The notes under the pieces: generated by a model
Database searches by the model: none
The model's input: only the letters and a program-made list of their open reading frames with translations
What the model was told of the DNA's origin: nothing
Program-made: the position numbers and the translations under genes
IMG/VR virus record: IMGVR_UViG_2903405734_000002
Coordinates: 128,001 to 192,000 of that record
Length of the DNA: 64,000 nucleotides
Source: a virus
Taxonomy: Duplodnaviria; Heunggongvirae; Uroviricota; Caudoviricetes
Reading direction: 5' to 3' (one strand)
In this document: positions 57,322 to 64,000 of the stretch, one piece after another
How the letters are laid out: the number at the start of each line of letters is the position of its first letter
Numbering within the stretch: position 1 is the stretch's first letter

Positions 57322-59208
57322 ATGGGTCAATATGATGCATCTGCAATTGAGGTTTTAAACGGCTTAGATCCCGTTAAAAAACGCCCAGGCATGTACACCG
57401 ATACAAGCAGGCCAAACCATCTTGGGCAAGAAGTAATCGACAACAGTGTCGATGAGGCAATGGCTGGTCATGCAACAAAAATCACTGTCACGCTATTCAG
57501 CGATCATAGCCTTGAAATTGAGGATGATGGTCGAGGTATGCCTGTTGATATACACCCTATTGAAAAAATTTCAGGGGTTGAGCTGATACTGACCAAACTC
57601 CATGCTGGCGGAAAATTCAACAACAACAACTACGAATTCTCTGGTGGTCTTCATGGTGTTGGTATTTCTGTTGTTAATGCACTTACCGAACGGCTTGATG
57701 TAACCGTTTTTAGAAATTCTCAACAATATAACATTGCCTTCGAAAATGGTGAAAAGGTAGAGGAGCTCACCTCAAAGCCAACCAGCAGAAAGAGAACTGG
57801 CACCATTGTTAAATTCAAGCCAAATCCTAAATACTTTGACACCTCAAAGTTTTCTGTTTCTCGATTGATTCAACTGCTTAAGACAAAGGCCGTTCTATGT
57901 CCTGGTCTTGAAGTCGTCTTTAACAATAAAATTGATGATACTCAAGAAACATGGAAATACAATGATGGCTTTAGAGAGTATTTCAATCTGGCGTTAAAGG
58001 ATCATGAGACACTCCCTGTAAATGAAGCATTTGTAGACAACATTAAAACAAAAACATCCCAGGCAGATATTGCCATTTGCTGGACTCCAGAAGATCCTGC
58101 TGTTATCACAGAAAGCTACGTCAACCTTATCCCAACCATTCTGGGTGGTACTCATGTTGTTGCTGTAAGAAATGGTATTACAGCGGCTATTCGTTCTTTC
58201 TGTGATCGGAGAAATCTTCTGACAAAAAACATCTCGATTACAGCAGAAGATGTGTTTGATAGATGCAACTACTTAATTTCTCTCAAGCTTCAAGAGCCTG
58301 GGTTTGCAGGTCAAACTAAAGAGCGCTTGTCCTCAAAAGACTACACCACAGAGTTCACTAACGCGCTAAAAGATCTCTTTGAGACATACCTGAATCAGCA
58401 CATCGATGCCGCTATGTCGATTGCAGAAATGGTTATCTCTAAGGCGCAAAAGCGACTGAATGCAAAAAAAACAGTAGCACGGAAAAAAGTTACCTCTGGC
58501 CCAATGCTGCCAGGAAAACTATCTGATTGTGAATCGTCAGATCTTGAAAATACCGAGCTGTTTTTTGTAGAGGGAGACTCTGCGGGAGGCTCTGCAAAGC
58601 AGGCAAGAAACCGAAAATTTCAGGCGATTATGCCGCTGCGAGGGAAAATCCTAAACACATGGGAAGTTTCATCCAGCGAAGTTCTTGCATCTCAAGAGGT
58701 TCATGATATTTCTGTTGCGATTGGTGTAGATCCAGGCTCTGATAACCTTGATGGTTTGCGCTACGGTAAGATTTGCATTCTTGCGGATGCGGATTCAGAC
58801 GGACTTCACATTGCAACACTGTTGTCTGCATTGTTCATTAAACACTTCCCTGCCCTTGTTATGGAAGGTCATGTTTATATCGCAATGCCGCCGCTTTATC
58901 GCATTGATGTGGATAAATCTGTTTATTACGCTCTGGATGAAGATGAAAAAGAAAAAATCATCAACAACATCAGCAAGAAAAAAACCAAAGGCGCTGTAAA
59001 TATACAGCGATTCAAAGGGTTGGGTGAAATGAACCCAATTCAGCTAAAAGAAACAGTAATGAGCAAAGATACGAGAAGAATGTTGCAGCTTCAAATATCT
59101 GATAAGGGTCAAACTGAGTCCATGATGGATTTGCTTCTTGGCAAGAAAAATGCGGACAAAAGGAAAGACTGGTTGCAATCCAAGGGTAACTTGGCAGAAC
59201 AGGATTAA
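57322..59208 (+). CDS. parE: DNA topoisomerase IV subunit B
   Basis: YDASAIEVLNGLDPVKKRPGMYTDT.RPNHLGQEVIDNSVDE, VEGDSAGGSAKQAR, PLRGKILNTWEV, LADADSDGLHI. Confidence 0.96.
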   Translation: MGQYDASAIEVLNGLDPVKKRPGMYTDTSRPNHLGQEVIDNSVDEAMAGHATKITVTLFSDHSLEIEDDGRGMPVDIHPIEKISGVELILTKLHAGGKFNNNNYEFSGGLHGVGISVVNALTERLDVTVFRNSQQYNIAFENGEKVEELTSKPTSRKRTGTIVKFKPNPKYFDTSKFSVSRLIQLLKTKAVLCPGLEVVFNNKIDDTQETWKYNDGFREYFNLALKDHETLPVNEAFVDNIKTKTSQADIAICWTPEDPAVITESYVNLIPTILGGTHVVAVRNGITAAIRSFCDRRNLLTKNISITAEDVFDRCNYLISLKLQEPGFAGQTKERLSSKDYTTEFTNALKDLFETYLNQHIDAAMSIAEMVISKAQKRLNAKKTVARKKVTSGPMLPGKLSDCESSDLENTELFFVEGDSAGGSAKQARNRKFQAIMPLRGKILNTWEVSSSEVLASQEVHDISVAIGVDPGSDNLDGLRYGKICILADADSDGLHIATLLSALFIKHFPALVMEGHVYIAMPPLYRIDVDKSVYYALDEDEKEKIINNISKKKTKGAVNIQRFKGLGEMNPIQLKETVMSKDTRRMLQLQISDKGQTESMMDLLLGKKNADKRKDWLQSKGNLAEQD

Positions 59209-59218
59209 TTAAAAAACC

Positions 59219-61429
59219 ATGAATATTATTGATAACATTCAGCCAATCGAAGCGTCTGATTACGCCGAGGATAGTTATTTGAATTACGCAATGTACGTAA
59301 TTCTAGATCGAGCTCTTCCTCATGTTTCGGATGGTTTAAAGCCCGTACAGCGCAGGATTATTTATGCGATGTCAGAGCTGGGACTTAATCACACGGCAAA
59401 ACACAAGAAAGCGGCTCGAACCGTAGGTGATGTGCTGGGTAAATACCATCCTCATGGTGATAGTGCTTGCTATGAGGCAATGGTGCTTATGGCTCAGTCA
59501 TTTTCCTATCGATATCCCCTTGTAGATGGTCAGGGAAACTGGGGTTCCCTTGATGATCCAAAGTCTTTTGCTGCTATGCGATACACCGAAGCAAAGCTGA
59601 CAAACTACTCAAACGTGCTGCTTTCTGAGCTTAAACAGAATACAACAGACAAAAAGCTGAACTTTGACGGCACTCTTCAAGAGCCTGTTGTTCTTCCTTC
59701 CCAGGTGCCAAACATCTTGCTGAATGGCGCTATGGGCATTGCGGTAGGTATGGCTACCGACATACCTCCTCATAACCTGAGAGAGATTGTGAATGCGACT
59801 GTGGCTCTTATTGATAATCCAAGAGCCAGCACCAGAGATCTCATGGAGCACATCCAGGGGCCTGACTTCCCAACGAATGCTGAAATTATTACGCCAAAGA
59901 GTGAGATTATTGATATCTACGATTCTGGGGCAGGATCCATCAGAGTTCGCGCCAAATTTGTGAGTGAAGGTAATAACATTGTTATCACATCACTCCCATT
60001 CAAGGTATCTGGCGAGAAACAGATTGAAAAGATAGCTGAGCTAATCAATAAAAAGAAACTACCAATGGTAGAAGATATTCGTGATGAGTCCGATCACGAA
60101 TTCCCTACTCGAATTGTCATCATGATTAAAAAGGGCACATCCCTTTCACATGAAAGAATCATGAGTCATATTTTTTCACTGACAGATCTTGAGTGCAACA
60201 TCAAGGTCAACATGAATATGATTGGCTTAAATGGCCTTCCAATGGTGAAAAGCCTGCCAGAAATTCTTGGTGAATGGGTTGTATTCAGAAAGGAAACTGT
60301 AGGCAGAAGACTGCGTGGTCGCCTTGAGAAAATTCATCAGAGGCTGCACCTGATTGAAGGTCTGCTTATTGCATACCTAAATCTTGATGAGGTAATCAGA
60401 ATTATTCGAGAAGATGATTCTCCGAAATCATGCCTGATGACATCATTTGGTCTTACAGAAATTCAGGCTGACTACATCCTGGATACCAAGCTGAGAAATC
60501 TGGCTAAAATTGAAGAAATTCAGCTCAATAAAGAGAAGGAATCTCTCAGTAAAGAAGCCGATGACATAAATGAAATTCTTGGCTCTGATAAAAAAATGCG
60601 AAGCCTTATCAAAAAAGAAATTCTTGAGATTGCAAAGCTGCATGGTGATGATCGCATGTCTCCAATGGTCACCGCTGAGCCTGCTACTGCCATAGTCGAA
60701 TCAGAACTTGCCCCTTCTGAACCAATTACAATAGTAATGTCAGAAAAGGGCTGGATTAAGGCTGGCAAGGGGCACAACGTAAACTGTGAGACGCTTGCAT
60801 ATCGAACAGGTGATGGATTTGCATTTGCAATGAAGTCCCAAATGAACCTTCAAACCATTCTCTTTGATAATCATGGGCGAAGCTATCAAATCAACAATCA
60901 AGACTTGCCGCAAGCAAGAGGCTATGGCGAACCAGTAACAGCGTTTGTTGAACATCCAGATGGGGCCAAAATCCTTGCTATGATTGATGCTTCAAGTCAA
61001 AAAGACTGCATTATTGCATCAGAAAACGGCTATGGGTTTATTTGCCAAACAGAAGATCTGACCACACGCAATAAAAAAGGCAAGGTTGTTCTTAACTGTG
61101 AACCAGGCCAGGGAATGACTCCAATCGAAATTGACCTTATGGACGAGCTGGTTGCGATTGTTACTCAAAAAGGAATGCTGCTGGTATTCCCGCTGATGGA
61201 TCTCCCAGAGCTTAAAAAGGGCAAGGGAAATCGCATGATCCACCTTGGCGATGACGATAAGATTGTCTCCATGATCTCCATGCCTGCTGACGGAACCATC
61301 GTTATCCGCTCAAAAGACAAGGAAGAAGAGATGGATAAGAAAAAGTGGACTCCGTTCCTTGGAACAAGGGGTAAAAAAGGAAAACTCTTGAAGTCAATCA
61401 AGTCTCCTCTATCGATTGAGAGAAAATAA
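59219..61429 (+). CDS. parC: DNA topoisomerase IV subunit A
   Basis: [48 protein letters not shown]. Confidence 0.96.
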   Translation: MNIIDNIQPIEASDYAEDSYLNYAMYVILDRALPHVSDGLKPVQRRIIYAMSELGLNHTAKHKKAARTVGDVLGKYHPHGDSACYEAMVLMAQSFSYRYPLVDGQGNWGSLDDPKSFAAMRYTEAKLTNYSNVLLSELKQNTTDKKLNFDGTLQEPVVLPSQVPNILLNGAMGIAVGMATDIPPHNLREIVNATVALIDNPRASTRDLMEHIQGPDFPTNAEIITPKSEIIDIYDSGAGSIRVRAKFVSEGNNIVITSLPFKVSGEKQIEKIAELINKKKLPMVEDIRDESDHEFPTRIVIMIKKGTSLSHERIMSHIFSLTDLECNIKVNMNMIGLNGLPMVKSLPEILGEWVVFRKETVGRRLRGRLEKIHQRLHLIEGLLIAYLNLDEVIRIIREDDSPKSCLMTSFGLTEIQADYILDTKLRNLAKIEEIQLNKEKESLSKEADDINEILGSDKKMRSLIKKEILEIAKLHGDDRMSPMVTAEPATAIVESELAPSEPITIVMSEKGWIKAGKGHNVNCETLAYRTGDGFAFAMKSQMNLQTILFDNHGRSYQINNQDLPQARGYGEPVTAFVEHPDGAKILAMIDASSQKDCIIASENGYGFICQTEDLTTRNKKGKVVLNCEPGQGMTPIEIDLMDELVAIVTQKGMLLVFPLMDLPELKKGKGNRMIHLGDDDKIVSMISMPADGTIVIRSKDKEEEMDKKKWTPFLGTRGKKGKLLKSIKSPLSIERK

Positions 61430-61490
61430 AGTTGGGGCCGAAAGGCCCCTTTTATTACTCAAACAAACAAGGGGCTTAAAGCCCCTTGTG

Positions 61491-62585
61491 TTATCTCATG
61501 CTTCCAATCAGTACGTATTGACCACGGAAATACCTGCCTTCTGGCGAGCCCTCTGGCCTTTCTCTCTTCATGAAAAGAGGCGAGTAGTTCAATGCCATTG
61601 AGTAGTTGTACTTATCCTGCACATTCATGACAATGGCATCCTCAATTTCCTTTTCTTTGGCAATCTTGTCTTCTTTGCTGTTAATGTACTCTACGATTGC
61701 CATCTCGAATGGACGAACCTCTTCGTTATAATGTTCGCCGCCTTCTCTTGAGATGACATCCCCATCAACACTAAACCCATTAAGGCTCTTGACTAGATTT
61801 ACCATCTGTTCAACTGGCAGCAATGTTGTATTCTCTTTGAGGTTTTTACTCCAGCTCCTTTCAATGCCACTCATAAGAGATTTGACGGGAACATGATTCA
61901 GCACAGAGAAAATTTTGTTCAGTCTTGAAACCAGCCTATTTCGACCCCTTCCATTAAAATAGAACCAGCTCTTGTCCTCATCAATCCACTTGACGAAATC
62001 CATTGATTCAATGATTCTGTTGACCAAAAGAAGGGCACTCTCATCTGATGCTCCAGATGCCAGCTTAGCAAGCTCCTGAACACTCACTGCGCCATTGTGA
62101 GAGATATCCTTGATGGCTTTGCTATGGATCGCTTTAGGAAGGCCCTGGTGAGCCGGAGACACAATAAACCTGACATCGTTCAGCTTAATGATTTCTGCCT
62201 CAGAAGTAATCAAGCCAAAGCATTTGCCTGCATTAATTACACCCTCGATCTTGAAGTCCTTAGAGATAAAACCAAGCTCGAAAAGCTTTTTCTCTGCGTC
62301 TGATGCAGCGCACGGCATCATTTCACCAATGATTTTGATAGCATCCTGAATCGCTGGAACCAGCGGCAATGCAGAGGGGAAAGCACTTGAAATGCGATTT
62401 GTAATCTGACGAACACTTTCTCTTGTTAGCTCGAAATCTCTTCCGGCCTCTTCCATTGATGAGCCACCCATCCCATCAAAACCAAAATACCTCTTCATTA
62501 TGGTGATATTTCTGGCTTTTTTTGCACCTGAATCAATATTTTGCAGCGCGAGCTCAAGCCCATCTTCGAGTTTGGTAGAAGTCAT
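61491..62585 (-). CDS. Sigma70 region-4-like HTH protein with long C-terminal extension
   Basis: RNITIMKRYFGFDG…SMEEAGRDFELTRESVRQI matches sigma region 4; no region 2. Confidence 0.7.
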   Translation of the reverse strand: MTSTKLEDGLELALQNIDSGAKKARNITIMKRYFGFDGMGGSSMEEAGRDFELTRESVRQITNRISSAFPSALPLVPAIQDAIKIIGEMMPCAASDAEKKLFELGFISKDFKIEGVINAGKCFGLITSEAEIIKLNDVRFIVSPAHQGLPKAIHSKAIKDISHNGAVSVQELAKLASGASDESALLLVNRIIESMDFVKWIDEDKSWFYFNGRGRNRLVSRLNKIFSVLNHVPVKSLMSGIERSWSKNLKENTTLLPVEQMVNLVKSLNGFSVDGDVISREGGEHYNEEVRPFEMAIVEYINSKEDKIAKEKEIEDAIVMNVQDKYNYSMALNYSPLFMKRERPEGSPEGRYFRGQYVLIGSMR

Positions 62586-62849
62586 TGTATTTCTCTCTTA
62601 TTATTTTTTTATTTATTATTCTTATAATTGCTGTTGTCTTTTCGATTCAAGCTATTATAATTCTTTTTGCTTGATTGAATAATATACCTTAAAATAATTA
62701 AGGTCAACATATTACATTGACCGTTTAAACAGTTAAAACAACCGAAAAAACAAATTTAAGCTAAATTCGACAAATTTTACGCAGTTGTCATATTATTTTC
62801 CTTCTTAAAATTATAATATGACTTCCAGAGCAACTCATGGAATAAAAAA

Positions 62850-63494
62850 ATGAATAAAAAGAAGAACAAAAAGCCTCAAAAGTTACGCGGTTGCTGGCTT
62901 GCGATGTTTGATAGGTATAAGTACAGAGATTTTGATGGAAAAGGAATTACGGATGTTCAGGCTTGTTTCAACTCTCTTTTGCTTAACTGGTTCCTTAAGA
63001 AGCAAGAGATCTGTTCCGTTCCATCATCCCAGTGTGTAGAGAAACATGCCGTGTTTCTTCTTGATGAAGCGGAAAAAACAGTTGCTCTGGATGGTGTAGA
63101 TCCTACAATCATTAGGGTTAAGGCTATTGATAAGGCAATCGCAGAGCTAGGTATCCTTACTGTAAAAAAACTAAACGAAAAAAATGATGTCATTCTTAAT
63201 GTGCATGTAATGATCTCGACAAGAACCTTAACCTCAAAAGAAACCGAATTTGTTCAAGATGTTTTTGAGGCAGAGGCTGATGATGACTATGATGCAATCC
63301 CCATCCTTGTGATTTCCGTTCCAATTTGCAACGAAGTCACAGAGGCAAAAAAAGATAAAATTCAAGATTATTGCATTAGAAAACTAAGGGAGTCCTTTAG
63401 AAAAAAAGCCATCAATGATGGCTTAGAGGATACTGGTTTCAGGTATAGCAAACTTGAAAAAATAAAAGACTACTTTGTGCAGATTTCAATTTAA
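62850..63494 (+). CDS. Hypothetical protein
   Basis: 214-aa ORF ending in a terminator. Confidence 0.6.
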   Translation: MNKKKNKKPQKLRGCWLAMFDRYKYRDFDGKGITDVQACFNSLLLNWFLKKQEICSVPSSQCVEKHAVFLLDEAEKTVALDGVDPTIIRVKAIDKAIAELGILTVKKLNEKNDVILNVHVMISTRTLTSKETEFVQDVFEAEADDDYDAIPILVISVPICNEVTEAKKDKIQDYCIRKLRESFRKKAINDGLEDTGFRYSKLEKIKDYFVQISI

Positions 63495-63521
63495 AAAAGC
63501 AGCCCCAAGGGGCTGCTTTTT
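63493..63521. terminator. Bidirectional intrinsic terminator
   Basis: AAAAAAGCAGCCCC-AA-GGGGCTGCTTTTT. Confidence 0.8.
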
Positions 63522-63999
63522 ATCCCATTGCTCTTTCTGCCTCGTAAAGCAATGTTGATATCCTTCCGTGTCTTTCTTTTCTTGTTTCGTTGCCTATTCT
63601 TATCATGCTCTCAGCCTGGGCTTTTGCAATCTCAGCTTTATTGATCTGTTGCTTTCCTTCGCTTTTGTATTCAACACTTACTGAGTCTTTCCCAAAAAGA
63701 TCTGAAAGGCTAGCAATAAGAGCATCATTCATTCTAAGTTTTTTGTTCCCAAGAGAAACTACCTTCTGCTGACCTCCAACCATATGGGATGCCATTATTT
63801 GGCAACCACCCTCTGGTTGATTTGTGGTAATTTCTTTTAGTTTTGCAATTTTTTCTGGCGTTAGGTCAGAAAGACTGATGTTAAGCATGATGTGCGATAC
63901 TTTTTCTTCTCGAATCATATCGATGCTTTTTACGTTGTAAGCAACAATTTTGTGTCTTCCGCTTACACGATCATATCTTAGGCTTCCATCAATTACTAC
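63520..63999 (-). CDS. dnaE: 3' end of DNA polymerase III alpha subunit (runs off the window)
   Basis: The frame is open to the window edge: VVIDGSLRYDRVSGRHKIVAYNVKSIDMIREEK…NDALIASLSDLFGKDSVSVEY resembles the DnaE OB-fold end and C-terminal domain, plus a ~45-aa extension. Confidence 0.7.
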   Translation of the reverse strand, partial: VVIDGSLRYDRVSGRHKIVAYNVKSIDMIREEKVSHIMLNISLSDLTPEKIAKLKEITTNQPEGGCQIMASHMVGGQQKVVSLGNKKLRMNDALIASLSDLFGKDSVSVEYKSEGKQQINKAEIAKAQAESMIRIGNETRKERHGRISTLLYEAERAMG

Positions 64000-64000
64000 T

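Larger units (their letters stand above)
1..64000. mobile_element. Segment of a probable conjugative megaplasmid / secondary replicon with type IVB secretion coupling genes
   Basis: DotL/DotM-like pair, two ParM actins, TopB, SLT, PilD and PilV-like genes, tRNA arrays, and divergent housekeeping homologs lacking their chromosomal neighbours (clpP without tig/clpX, secA without secM/mutT, parE directly adjacent to parC). No rep gene or oriT in the window, so replicon type is inferred. Confidence 0.75.

Noticed and set aside
59430-59490. Quinolone-resistant ParC allele
   Set aside because: The QRDR reads HGDSACYE, wild type at the Ser80 and Glu84 equivalents.

Overview
AT-rich, gene-dense segment best read as part of a large conjugative megaplasmid (or similar secondary replicon) of a gammaproteobacterium. 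It carries type IVB (Dot/Icm, IncI Trb-like) coupling genes dotL/icmO and dotM/icmP, a prepilin peptidase, a PilV-like pilus adhesin, a lytic transglycosylase, plasmid-type topoisomerase III and two ParM-like actins. It also carries many chromosome-type genes out of their usual context: mfd, secA, clpP, parE-parC, recG, RNase HI, DksA/TraR, folA, two UvrD helicases and the 3' end of dnaE. Two tRNA clusters hold 9 canonical tRNAs, one D-arm-shortened tRNA-Trp and two tRNA-like elements. The most interesting signals are: (1) a shared C-terminal tail (charged residues, then [L/F]-[S/G/D/E]-[L/I/M/R]-stop) on at least seven unrelated proteins, resembling a Dot/Icm-type translocation signal; (2) a stand-alone copy of the DotL all-alpha domain; (3) a circularly permuted SbcC/Rad50; (4) structurally conserved tRNA mimics; (5) a PilV adhesin ending in a phage tail-collar domain. 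All product calls come from motif recognition by eye; no database searches were run. No CRISPR array, rRNA, transposase or integrase was seen.
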